DNA from: Octopus sinensis
Taxonomy: Eukaryota
Direction: 5' to 3'
Length of the DNA stretch: 64,000 bases
NCBI RefSeq assembly: GCF_006345805.1
Contig: NC_043001.1
Location: 57,784,001-57,848,000, forward strand
Part shown: positions 1-11,289 of the stretch, in pieces
Position numbering within the stretch: the stretch's first letter is position 1
Layout: each line of letters opens with the position of its first letter
The notes under the pieces: generated by a model
What the model was told of the DNA's origin: nothing
Databases searched by the model: none
What the model saw: the letters and a program-made list of their open reading frames with translations, nothing else
Program-made: the position numbers and the translations under genes

Positions 1-125
1 TGTAATTCATTCTTCTTCTTCTTCCTCTTCTCCTTCGTAATATTATTATTATCATTATTATTATTATTATTATTATTAATATTATTATTCTAGTTATTAA
101 TATTATTATTCTAGTTATTAATATT
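1..125. repeat. (TCT)n and (TAT)n microsatellite
   Basis: Direct reading of tandem tct and tta/tat units. Confidence 0.9.
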
Positions 126-136
126 ATTCAATTAGT

Positions 137-275
137 TGAGTATTTCACCAATTAAATAATCGATTGTTTTATTAATTGCTGGTTCAAGAACACAACACGC
201 AGCCAGGTCCGTGAATCAAACTCACAAACTCGCAATCGTAAGCTTGACGCCCTAACCACTGAGCCATGCTCCTTC
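137..275 (-). mobile_element. tRNA-derived SINE head fragment
   Basis: Minus strand reads gaaggagcatggctcagtggttagggcgtc...gagtttgattcacggacc, with A-box-like TGGCTCAGTGG and B-box-like GTTTGATTC; no intact cloverleaf. Confidence 0.65.
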
Positions 276-290
276 GCATATATGTATTTT

Positions 291-558
291 AGGGAATGGA
301 GCAAGTAAAATCCAGTGTACATAAGTTTCTTAGATGTCAGAATATCGGATGTAATAATTACTCAGCGAGGGTTACTCTACTGGCTGCTCATCAAGCCGAA
401 TATACTGTAGTTTCCTTCTATGACAATGTAACCTTCGTGTGAGTAAGGAATTTTGGCCAGATGAGTAGCTAGCGGAGTACCCTTCGCTGAGTAATTACTT
501 CCGACGTTCTGTTAGCTAGGGAACACATGTAGCCCGGATTTTTTCCTGCTCTATTCCT
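291..558. repeat. Diverged ~270-bp palindrome (MITE-like foldback)
   Basis: Left arm 291-392 matches the reverse complement of 460-558; perfect 13-bp core aattactcagcga (356-368) / tcgctgagtaatt (484-496); similarity continues outward (gagcaagtaaaatcc vs gagcaggaaaaaatcc). Confidence 0.8.
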
Positions 559-777
559 TCAAATTAGATTTTTATTCGCATACATAGCAATCTCACTTGC
601 TAACCGTGAGCTATTAAGTAACTTTTTTCGAACATCAATATGAGAAAAACTCGCACCCTTTTACGCCAATAAACTATAATTTTCTCTGAAAGTTATTTTT
701 CGCTCTACCTTCTTCGCGCTTATAGAATCTTACTTAATTCCTACACATGAATCCTTGAATATTACATTTACATATCA

Positions 778-778
778 T

Positions 779-814
<36 letters not shown>

Positions 815-893
815 TATACACTAATAATTATTAGCTATATGCACATACACGTGTGAATTTGAGTATCAGACAACACAATGAAAATATATATAT

Positions 894-976
<83 letters not shown>

Positions 977-1059
977 TAATCAAAACGGGAAAACAGAAAA
1001 AACAACAACACGTGGAACAATTACAGTATTATTATTATTAGGCGCTCAGGAAAAAAAAA

Positions 1060-1118
<59 letters not shown>

Positions 1119-1363
1119 ATATTATATATATATATATATATCTATATATATATATATATATATATCAGCACGGACTTTGTCAGTGAACAGGTCGCGGATT
1201 TTAGCGACGAAAATATTTTGACAAATTAAACTTAAATGTTGGAGTGAATCGAACGGCTTTTGTGTGTTTCTTAAATGGCTTATAAACACCTTCCACGCTG
1301 CAATTGTTTTCGTTTCAGCACACGATCTCAGATCAAATTACTTGCTATGCGAGTACATCTCCG

Positions 1364-1441
<78 letters not shown>

Positions 1442-1445
1442 TATA

Positions 1446-1479
<34 letters not shown>

Positions 1480-1515
1480 CTATATATATATATATACGTA
1501 TATATATGTATATAT
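778..1515. repeat. Cluster of (TA)n arrays (about 778-971, 1061-1165, 1367-1515)
   Basis: Direct reading; these arrays produce the IYIYIY pseudo-ORFs. Confidence 0.95.
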
Positions 1516-2913
1516 GCATGCACTGTTGATAATAGACGACTTTTTTCTGTTCTGGCACGATTATACTGACTGAATACTATATAGTTGTTTGACAAATGAC
1601 TATTCATTTTTTGCTTTTTGTATATCATGGTTCATCAATTTGTTCTTTTTTAAGGTGTTGACGTGTAAGGTAAGTGAGTTTTGCTGACAAACATTCTAAA
1701 CTGGAATTAGAGTGTGAAGCAACGTGGTACACTGAACGTTTCGATGATTTCTTGGTCGTAGGATGTTACTCTGCAAAAAAGATGTGACAGAATTATCAAG
1801 TGAATGACCATCTGTAATCTTCAGATCTGGTTTGTTTTCAAATGCAATATCATCACAAAGTAAACACATTTAAAACTCTGAAAGTTTTAGCGTTTACATG
1901 GCAAATTTGAGGTAATGGAATGGTGTACATTTTCTTCAGATAGACGTTAATATCTATAGTTAGTACTATAGTGTTAACAGTTATCAAGTAATTAGTGAAT
2001 AGGAAGGCAATGCTGAGAACCATTGTCCGACCTACCTATTTTGATATTATTTATTGCATCAAAACTTTCAATAATTGTGTTAAATATGTAAGATTGTAAA
2101 AAATTACTTTTCTAAAATTAATTTCTATGTTCTTAGCAAATATGAGTACATAAATATGTGTCCAAAGTAAGAATAGATTCTCCAGCTGATAAAACAGATT
2201 TAGGACAATAATTTTAACTATAAAAATTTATTGTAATCACTGGACTGTGTAAACTTAGCAACAAACAGATTCAACTCTATCTCAGTTATTAGTTGAGATA
2301 AAACCATCGAGTGTCTGTTAGGAGGATATTCTAGTCACAATTTACAGAGAATTAAGTGTTGAATAAAATAAATTACTCTCAGTAAGCTGCACAAAGCCAA
2401 AACAGAATTGATTAGACGTTATTTATTGGTTTATGAGATAGCGATATATTGGCTGGATAATTCAATGATTGATTTATTAAAGTGCTTCAATGATTGTTGC
2501 TGTTTTGATGATAGATCCATATTACCTCTGTCTAAGTAATTTTCATGGCACAAAGATAAATGATTGAAAATATTATGGAGAAAGTCAATTACTCACTGCT
2601 TTAAATGTTGTAAATATTTTCTCTTATTTTTTTGTTACTATTTTAATCTAGATGTAATCTGTGTTATATGGTAGTTGGGTAGATGAAGCTGGTATTTATA
2701 TCTGACTGCGAGAGACCATGAAGTATATCATTCAATGGCTGGAATGTTCTAATTTCGGTGTTTTATATCATTTATATCAGTAAATAATTTGTACAAGAAA
2801 TATTATTACTAATGTTTCAACATTCAAAATTTTAGTATTGAACAGGTAATCATTCTGTAGATAATGAAAAGAAAATACATTTCATTTCATTTCATTTGGG
2901 TTTGAGTCCATGC

Positions 2914-5900
2914 TCAGGCCAAGTCGAAGACTCCACCCTCAGAGTCTGGTGTGGTTGCCAGGTTGTATTCTCTGCTTAAATTTGACATGTGTAGGAGCGA
3001 GTTTGAGTCAGTTTGTGCTCGTTGTGTATATCCTGGGAGATGGGGTTCATCTCTAATGGTGCTTAAGTATCTATCCAGTTGCAATTTGAATGATTCCACA
3101 CTGCATCCTGATAGATTTCTGACATGTACCGGAATGGAGTTGAACAGTTGTGCTCCTCGAACCAACAGACTTGATTCTCGCAGGGTTTTTGCTGCCTGGC
3201 CAGCCTTTTTGTTGATTGGTGGCAGCTGGCAGCGTCTTCCGTGGCGCAGTGAGTGGTAGGTTTTGATACCAAAGTTTGGCACCTTCTGCTCTATCATTTT
3301 CCAAATGTATATAATTCGGTATCGCTCAAATCTTCTTTCTATTGAGTACATCCTCAAGGTTTTGAGTCTTTGCCAATAGTCCAGGTCCCTCGTTTCTGAG
3401 AAGTATGAGGTAAAATTTCTTTGGAGCGATTCTATCTTAGATAGTTGGCCCTTTGTTGTTGGTGACCACAACTGAGAACAGTAGTCAATCCTCGGAAGTA
3501 TCATACTGTTCCAGAGGGTTTTCATTGTTGAGGTATCTCTTGATTTGAAGGTGCGCAAGATCCACCCGCTGTACTTTCTTGCAGTAAGACAGACTGAGTC
3601 AAGGTGTTCTCTGAATTTTAGGTTGGTTCCCATGTGGATGCCTAAATCTTTCACATACTGTTTTTCCATTATTTGTTGTCCTGATGGGTTTCTGTAGTTT
3701 GTTGTATTTTTCAGATCTTGATCTGTTCCGTAGCGAATTAGTTCAAACTTCTTATCATTGAACAACATGTTGTTTGTTTCCTGCCATTTATATATGGTGG
3801 TCAGGTCCTTTTGTAAGGCCTCTGTATCCACCTCGTCTTTGATTTGTCTCATGACCCTGGTGTCATCAGCAAAGGATGAGACGTTGCTGGTTGTATCTTC
3901 ATCTATGTCAGAGATGAGGATGAGAAACAGGATTGGGCCGAGTACTGTACCCTGAGGAACACTGCTGGTCACAGGTGATGGTGTTGAATGGGTTCCATTC
4001 ACAGTGACTGTTTGAGTTCTATTTGTAAGGAACTCGTTTATCCATGTACCAACTTTTCCTCCTACTCCTAGCTTTCGAAGTTTGTGACCCAGGATGCCAT
4101 GATCTACCTTGTCAAATGCCTTGGCAAAGTCGAGGTAGATAACATCTGTGTTGTATCCATTCTCTAGATTTTCTAGGATTTGGTCATGGTGTGCCAGTAG
4201 TTGGGAAAGGCATGATCTACCTAACCTGAATCCATGCTGGTTGCAATTCATCAGATTGTTGGATTCCAGGAACTCAACCAGTTTTCCACGAACTATTCTT
4301 TCGAAGACCTTGATAATGTGTGATGTCAGTGAGATTGGTCGGTAGTTCTTTGGTTTTGATTTGCTATCCCCTTTATGTATTGGAGTTATGTGTGCTTCTT
4401 TATATGTATTTGGTATTTTGCCATTCTCCATAGATTCCCTCCATATCATGTAAAGGGGTTTCGACAATTGTGCCTTGCAGTTTTTAAGTATCATGGCATT
4501 GAAACCGTCAGGCCCCGCAGCCGAGTGCATGGAGAGCTTGTCTATTGCTCTTGCTATGTCTTCGGGTTGAAATCAATGTCGGATAGGGTAGGTTTAGTAT
4601 GGTCGATATCCTTGAAGAATTTTCCTGGGTCATGGATCTTCATGGTTTTAGATGGCTCACTGAAGACACTTTCATACTGTTGACCCAACATTTCTGCCAT
4701 TTCAATAGGGTTATTCACTACATCCCCATTTTGTCTCTGGAGAGGTCCTATTGTTGACTTGGTGTTCGAGTATTTCTTTGCAAAACTGTAGAAACATTTT
4801 GGATTTTTCTTGATGTTTTCTATGGCTTTCTTTTCTGCATTGTTACGTTCTTCATCATAGTGTTGTTTTAGATTGTCTTCTAATCTGTATATTTGGTCAA
4901 GGACTTTCTGTAATTCATGTTTTGATGTCAGCTTAGATGTTTTGTTTCTTAGTCTTGACCTTTTGCGCATCAGGATCTTTCGCTCCCGTGGTACAGGTTT
5001 TTTTGTGGACTTGGTTTTCTTTAGAGGAACATTTTTTTCACATATTTCTTCGATCTTGTTTAAGAATTTCTTGTGTTTATCTGGCCCAGTAAGGTAGAGA
5101 TCCCAGTCAATGATTTGTAACTGGTTGTTAATAGTTTCCCAATTTGCCTGGTGATAATCATACCTGCATAGCTTTGGCATGTCCTTTTGTTTAAGAGTTG
5201 TGGCATTGGGCTCATTACCAATGTGTAAATGCATTTCAATAATATTGTGGTCTGAAAGGATTGTTGGGGTTGAGTGAAGGTCAAATAGCGTGTCCTCGTT
5301 GTTGGTGAAAACCAAGTCGATCGTATTATTATTTCTTGTTGCTTCTGTCATCATTTGTTTGAGGTATAATTTCTCTGTGACTTCCAACAGTTTGGCTGCC
5401 TGTATTTGTTCAGCTTTTGTCCCCAGTTTTAGTATGTGTCCATGTGGCCAGATGATGTTAGGGAAGTTGAAGTCACCAAGGAGGATAATGTCTGGCATTG
5501 GACTTGCCATGTTTCCCAGAATTTGTTGGAGCTTCGTCAGTGGCTCAGTGAAGGATAATGTTGGGCTGTTTGGCGGTCTGTACATTATTGTTACAACTGT
5601 ATTAAGTTGGATGATTTTTATGCACAGCAGGTTGCAGTAGGCATTTGATTCATTGACAAGTTCTATGCATGCATAGGTATCATGGATATACATGATAACG
5701 CCCCCATGGGATCTGCCTTGTCTATCACATCTGAAGATGTTGAATCTATTGATTGTGATTTCGCTGTTGCGGATGTTTTCGTTGAGATGACTTTCAGTAA
5801 TTCCAATTATTTTGGAGTTGTTTTCTGTTGCTAATTCTTCCAAGAAAGGGACTTTACACTGTTTTGTTTTCGGATAAAGACCCTGGATATTTGCTGTTAT

Positions 5901-6125
5901 TATGCTTGTTGTACCGGATACATCTGCCCTATTGTTGGCAAGACTGTTGTAGTTGCTGGGACTGTGCTGACTGGATATTCGGTCTGCTGGGCTGTCTGTA
6001 TTTGTTGTACGTGCCCTGTAAGTCCAGGTGTCAGCCTTTGTATCAATGTTGCCTGGTTTTGCTGAGTCGTCTGTATGGAGTACAGCTGTTGTTGTAGTTG
6101 GTAGATTATGCCTAAAAAACTGCTT
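2914..6125 (-). pseudogene. LINE ORF2 (APE endonuclease + reverse transcriptase) split by a single 1-nt frameshift near 4563
   Basis: EN motifs ANIQGL, ITESHL, YRPPNS, LGDFNFP, IDLVF, SDHN in 4554-5900. RT motifs NYRPISLT, QHGFR, LDFAKAFDKV, VPQGTVLGP, FADD, KDLG in 2914-4530. Restoring one base gives the expected DIDFNPEDIARAIDKLSMHSAAGPDG. The frame is stop-free up to 6125. Confidence 0.92.
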
Positions 6126-7309
6126 TCATTCATTACTATATCGAATTTCTGCGAGTTTGGGTTTGTTACAGCTGATGTATGCAATTGAGTAGCATGATTT
6201 TCATTCGCTGTTGAGCCATGACCTGGGTTCCGCATTTTTGGGAAATGGTTTTCATACCCTGCTGAGCCATGACCTGGTTTCCGCATTTTTGGGAAATGGT
6301 TTTCATACCCTGCTGAGCTTGGTCCTGGTGGTGTGGGTTCAGTAGTTTTTATGCGAATTGTACCCTTCCGGTGCATAAATTTGCAATTCTCACCAAAACA
6401 TTCTTTTTTTCTCAGCGAATTGCGGCACATCTTTGGGTGAAGGAGTTCACATTCTCGGCCATTTTGGCATCCTTTTTTTCGATCAGTACCGAAGTTGATA
6501 TATGGTCTGCATGGTTTGGGGTGACTGTACATGCACCCTGTACCTGAAAGACCATGTTTGCACTTGTTGCGCCTGTAATGGATACATACTGGCCTTCCTT
6601 CATTTGAGCGTTTGCTCTGGATCTGTTTCTTTTCGTGGGAAGTTTGGTCTTTTTCTGAAGGATCTCCTGTTTCTTGTTTTGTAGGTGTTTGCATGTCATT
6701 GTCTTCATTCTTGTCATTTACAAGAGGCACTTGGATGGCCTGTGTGTAGCAGGATTTATTTGCCATGTCAGTTTCGCCAATCAATGTCTGTTTAGAACGG
6801 CCTGTCTGTGGTAGGGTCCTAGGTTCATTCGTTATTGTGGCCCTTGGTGAACAATAACTGCATAGCCAGTGTAGGCCTAGAATATCTGGAATGATGTGGT
6901 TATTTATCTTTTTTAAGTAGCACGCTTCGTGTATTCCTTGTCCACAGATGAAGCATGCCAAAGCTGGTTTTTGGCCAAATGTAATGCAGTACTGTTTGTC
7001 ACACATTTTGCAAGTCTCCGGGAGGAAGTTTTCAATCCTTGCTATAATCCAGTTGGTGAGGTTTGGTTTTGTGAGCTCAACTTGGACACCATCATTCAAG
7101 AAAGCTGCTGCTTTCTTTAACATCGTAAACTTACAGTTGGTGAAAATATTTTTGTATATTGCTCCACTTTCCTGTTTGATATCATATTTCGACAAGACAC
7201 TTTTTATATCTTGATTTTGTGTTGATGAGATGATTTTCAATATGATGTCTGTGGCCAGGCAAGTGTTGCTCTCTGAGCTGGCAGTCCGTGGATTTCCGTT
7301 ACCCGTCAT
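5900..7309 (-). CDS. LINE ORF1 protein, 469 aa: PHD finger, three CCCH zinc fingers, 17-aa repeat, Q/T-rich tail
   Basis: CFICGQGIHEAC...WLCSYC (PHD). CIHYRRNKCKHGLSGTGCMYSH, CRPY...GCQNGRECELLH and CRNSLRKKECFGENCKFMH (CCCH). ATG start, intact frame. Confidence 0.85.
   Translation of the reverse strand: MTGNGNPRTASSESNTCLATDIILKIISSTQNQDIKSVLSKYDIKQESGAIYKNIFTNCKFTMLKKAAAFLNDGVQVELTKPNLTNWIIARIENFLPETCKMCDKQYCITFGQKPALACFICGQGIHEACYLKKINNHIIPDILGLHWLCSYCSPRATITNEPRTLPQTGRSKQTLIGETDMANKSCYTQAIQVPLVNDKNEDNDMQTPTKQETGDPSEKDQTSHEKKQIQSKRSNEGRPVCIHYRRNKCKHGLSGTGCMYSHPKPCRPYINFGTDRKKGCQNGRECELLHPKMCRNSLRKKECFGENCKFMHRKGTIRIKTTEPTPPGPSSAGYENHFPKMRKPGHGSAGYENHFPKMRNPGHGSTANENHATQLHTSAVTNPNSQKFDIVMNESSFLGIIYQLQQQLYSIQTTQQNQATLIQRLTPGLTGHVQQIQTAQQTEYPVSTVPATTTVLPTIGQMYPVQQA
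6113..6119 (-). promoter_or_regulatory. Candidate -1 ribosomal frameshift slippery heptamer U_UUU_UUA
   Basis: ORF1 frame reads AGT TTT TTA GGC. The -1 frame is the ORF2 frame, which opens just after a TGA at 6126-6128 and has no ATG before the APE motifs. Confidence 0.5.
6193..6318 (-). repeat. 51-bp coding tandem repeat (GYENHFPKMRxPGHGSx) x ~2.4 in ORF1
   Basis: Units at 6212-6262 and 6263-6313 are near-identical; partial unit at 6193-6211. Confidence 0.9.
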
Positions 7310-7670
7310 CGTTTATGTGGGCGGTGGATTGTGAATAGCTTGAGATTTAGAATTGTTTGACTTGAATGGAGAGGGGGAAGGAGCAGTGGTTGATTTTGTA
7401 CACTGGCTGAGATAGTAGTAGTAGTAGCAATGGTACTTGAGTTGTTAGTGGAGCTATGGTGGTGGGATATGGAGAAAGTAAGAGTGGTTGGGATGGGTCA
7501 CTGGCGAGGTAGAATGGAATGTTTGGCTTTGGCCACTAGGAGTAGTAGCAGGAGGAGGGGGAGAGAAGATGAAGAAGGGGAAGTAGCAGTAGAAGATGGA
7601 AACAATGATGATGATGATAATGACGGGTCTATTAGTTCTTTTAGCTGCTGATGTGAATGTTGTAGTTGTA

Positions 7671-8171
7671 TCCACTTCAATATATGACCAGTTGCAATAT
7701 TTAAAGATGTGTTTTTTTTTTTGTTACTGTTGCTGTTGTTGTGAACTATTTATTGTTTTTCAGTGTCTTCGATTCGTTGTTGATCACTTAACCAAGTTGT
7801 TTGTGCAACAAAAAAATATAGATAATAACATTAAATGGGCTGTGGTGAGTAAAAAATTTCGGGCTAGTTTATCCACGTGGTTACAGGTTTCTCACAGTGA
7901 GATATGAAGCAGGGTTATTAAAGAGATGGCCAACTCTTTTAGCAATGAAATTGAAGTTTGAGGCATGTATGTTATCGGTTTGAAAGAGAATGAACCATGA
8001 GTTAATGAAAGTTTCCACTTCAATGTACGACTAGTTGCGATATTTAAAGATGTGTATTTTTTTTGTTACTGTTGTTGTGAGCTACCTATTGTTTTTCAGT
8101 GTCTTCGATTCGTTGTTGGTCACTTAACCAAGTTGTTTGTGCAACAAGAAATATAGATAATAACAGTAAAT
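7671..8171 (-). repeat. Two ~160-bp direct repeats (7671-7836 and 8014-8171) in the probable LINE 5' UTR
   Basis: Both contain tccacttcaat...tgtttttcagtgtcttcgattcgttgttg...cacttaaccaagttgtttgtgcaaca...atatagataataaca. Confidence 0.85.
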
Positions 8172-9572
8172 ATAGGTAATAAATATAGGTAATGGCAAAT
8201 AAGGATAGAAATATTCAAAATATCAACTTCTGTGGTGTATTGAACAGTAGGAGACAGTAGTACTGGTATATGTTATAGTTCTGAGATAATGTAAACTATT
8301 GTGTGTTTGTTAATAGGAATGTTGTGTACTTACGAATAATTATTATTATCGTTACAGTATTATATCTTTCATAATACGTGCTCACGATACAAAAACGTAG
8401 CTTTCACTGGAATTAAGGCTTTGTCGTTTTTGAGAAGGAAGAATTTTCAGTTGAGTTTTCAGTTGAAAATTGTAAAGTTGGGTTCATATGTATTCTGTTC
8501 CAACAGTCACTTACATGAATATAATCCTGAAAGATTTGCAAGAAAAACAATCCGGATACAAATATGTCGTTATACCTCAGCACACATCATTTCATATGAC
8601 GATATATTCTAACTAGGCAAAAAGAAAAGAAAAAAGAATGAATCATAATTTCAGAAATTCGAATACAAGCAAATCATGAAAGGTAACAACAGTAAAAATT
8701 ATATAAATTAACATTGAACTGGATAAACACAAATTTACCGCTAAAATGTGCAAAACGAATAAAGAAAATATAAAAACAAAAGTCCATATCTTATATCATC
8801 TACAGATACTAGAAAATAGAATTTAGAACTAAGAACATTTTAAGGATAGGAGATTCTAAAAGAGTACACCACGACCATTTCAATCTAAATCTGAAGGTAA
8901 ATTAAGAATGAAGAACAAGAGTGTATCATCCTCTGGACAACAAAGACAACGATAAAATAGGAAGAACGACGAAAACAAATAAGACAAGTGTGATAACACT
9001 AATTTAATTAAAACGATCACAATCATCGGTATCGTTTCTCAAAATCAAATATTATATGAAGCATCATTGCAGCTCTCATGATCAGTTTGTAACATTTCAC
9101 AATTAATCAAACCTCAATATCAGAACAATATACGGGATAAACGGCAAATAAAGAAAGGGTACTACTAGCGAATACTGGTCCCGGTGCGCGCAAATGCACA
9201 GTCGCGCGTCCGCGCTAGCTAGTCGTAAGTAGTCGATCCGTCAACGACTTGCGCGTATGCAATTGAGTTGATTGGCGCATGCGCGATACATACTTGTATC
9301 GCACGTGCGCGATACATATTTGTTAGCGAAAAAAATAACAAATTTTTTACAGAATAAAATAAAAGAATTTTTTTAAAGAAAGTAAATAAATTATTTCTTA
9401 GAACAATGTATATGATTTTTTTACACAAATCAAATAAAAAGCAAAGTAAATAATTTTTTTAACTAAAAAAATTAATTATTTCTTAAAACAATGTATATGC
9501 TTTTTTTACACAAATTAAATATTTTTTTAACAAAGTAAATAATTTTTTAATCTTAGTTAATTAATTTTGACA

Positions 9573-9716
9573 ATGATGGGGGTACACACTAACATGGTGG
9601 AGTCGTACCTAGATGAATTTCTGTGGAGGGAACAGTATGGAAAAAATGGACAGGAATGTTTTGAAAACATTCTGAAGCATCTTTCAGAATGGTTCACATT
9701 CGAGGAACTCAAATGA
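9573..9716 (+). pseudogene. Merlin/IS1595-family transposase C-terminal remnant (47 aa)
   Basis: MMGVHTNMVESYLDEFLWREQYGKNGQECFENILKHLSEWF matches the recalled SYLDEFxWR motif of ISXO2-like/Merlin transposases. Confidence 0.75.
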
Positions 9717-9999
9717 ACTTCAACATTTTATTTTATTGTTTGGTTGCATCTTCGAACGAATTGCAAGAAGTGTGAGATATTCAATTTTTTTTATTTGTTA
9801 TTTGATTTTTATTTACTTTGTTTAATTTGTGTAAACAAATTATATACATTTTTCAAAAAAAAATCTTAGTTTGTTTATAAAAAAAATTAAGTTTAAAAGA
9901 TTATTTATTTTGTTTAAAAAATATTTAATTTGTGTAAAAACAATCATATACATATTTTTAAAAAATAATTAATTTTTTTAGTTAAAAAAATTATTTACT

Positions 10000-10417
10000 C
10001 TTTTACTCTCTTTTACTTGTTTCAGTTATTTGACTGCGGCCATGCTAGAGCACCGCCTTTTTAATCGAGCAACTCGACCCTGGGACTTATTCTTTTGTAA
10101 GCCTAGTACTTATTCTATCAGTCTCTTTTGCCGAATCGCTAAGTAACGGGGACATAAACACACCAGCATCGGTTGTCAAGCAATGCTAGGGGGACAAACA
10201 CAGATACACAAACACACACACGCATATATATATATATATATAAATATATACGACGGGCTTCCTTCAGTTTCCGTCTACCAAATCCACTCACAAGGCTTTG
10301 GTCGGCCCGAAGCTATAGTAGAAGACACTTGCCCAAGGTGCCACGCAGTGGGACTGAACCCGGTACCATGTGGTTGGTAAACAAGCTACTTATCACACAG
10401 CCACTCCTGCGCCTACC
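10000..10417 (-). mobile_element. tRNA-headed SINE (family A), full length, inserted in the Merlin right TIR
   Basis: Head ggcgcaggagtggctgtgtgataag...gggttcagtccc; body gccttgtgagtggatttggtagacggaaactgaagg; tail ...gactgaaacaagtaaaagagagtaaaagag. Flanked by tatttact (9992-9999 and 10418-10425); removing it restores symmetry with the left TIR. Confidence 0.9.
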
Positions 10418-11289
10418 TATTTACTTTGCTTTTAATTTGATTTGTGTAAAATCATATACATTGTCCTAAGAAATAATTTATTTGCTTTCTTTAAAACATT
10501 CTTTTATTTTATTCTGTAAAAAATTACTTTATTTTGTTCGCGCATGTATCGTGCATGCGCCAATCAACTCATTTGCATACGCGCAAGTCGTTGTAGGATC
10601 GACTACTTACGACTAGCTAGCGCGGACGCGTGACTGCGCGTGTGCGCGCACCGGGACCAGTATTCGCTAGTAGTACCTAAAGAAAGGAATACACATTATT
10701 TATATTATTATTTTTTGTATCAGTAATTAAACCAGAACAGGGTGATTTGGTCTCATTGGTCGCTGGTAGTGGTAAACACCTCTGCTGACCGCAAGGGTGT
10801 GACGGTTTTTTTGTTTTCTGATTGCACAGGAATGCGAAGTCCCATTGTTGATCTTCTCATCACTATCTGCCGAACCTATTTATAGATCTGTGGTATTTGG
10901 TCTATTCACCAAACTGCTTCTCTTCCGCCTACTCTCCCCTCCAACCCGCACATATTTATGACTTTCTCAAGTAGAAGACAAATTTCGAAGCTAAACAACA
11001 TTTAATAATACCATACAGTAGTTGGAACAAAGATGGCAACTTAACTAAATAACTGCTATACTGTCACCATGGCTACAAAGGTTAGCCACAACGATACAGA
11101 TGAAGGCAATATTGGTGGCAACTAACGATGAACAATGCTGTAATAGCAATTTTAAAGTAACTGTAGCAGTAATAATGGCAGAGTTGGATATAGTGACAGA
11201 GAGCAACTGTCTCTATACTATCACACGGGTCTCAATAAAAATATTTCTAATGTAGCAGAAATATCATATCAAACAAAAATGAAAATTAC

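Larger units (their letters stand above)
2878..8171 (-). mobile_element. Near full-length CR1-group (CR1/L2/Daphne-type) non-LTR retrotransposon
   Basis: ORF1 (PHD plus CCCH fingers), APE endonuclease, RT, C-terminal FKLQLDRYL motif, 16-nt 3' UTR and (AAATG)4 tail at 2878-2897. The 5' boundary is uncertain (8171 or as far as ~8480); no TSD found. Confidence 0.92.
9158..10677 (+). mobile_element. Non-autonomous Merlin (IS1595-related) DNA transposon with long TIRs and 9-bp TSD
   Basis: TIR GGTACTACTAGCGAATACTGGTCCCGG... at 9158 with its reverse complement ending at 10677. TSD TAAAGAAAG at 9149-9157 and 10678-10686. Internal transposase C-terminal remnant. Confidence 0.85.

Noticed and set aside
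2951-6717. Short antisense and alternative-frame ORFs within the CR1-group LINE
   Set aside because: They are shadows of the real ORFs and have no independent motifs.
2850-8650. Target-site duplication for the CR1-group LINE
   Set aside because: The 3' flank (gataatgaaaagaaaata) has only a loose A-rich match near 8620, which is not specific.
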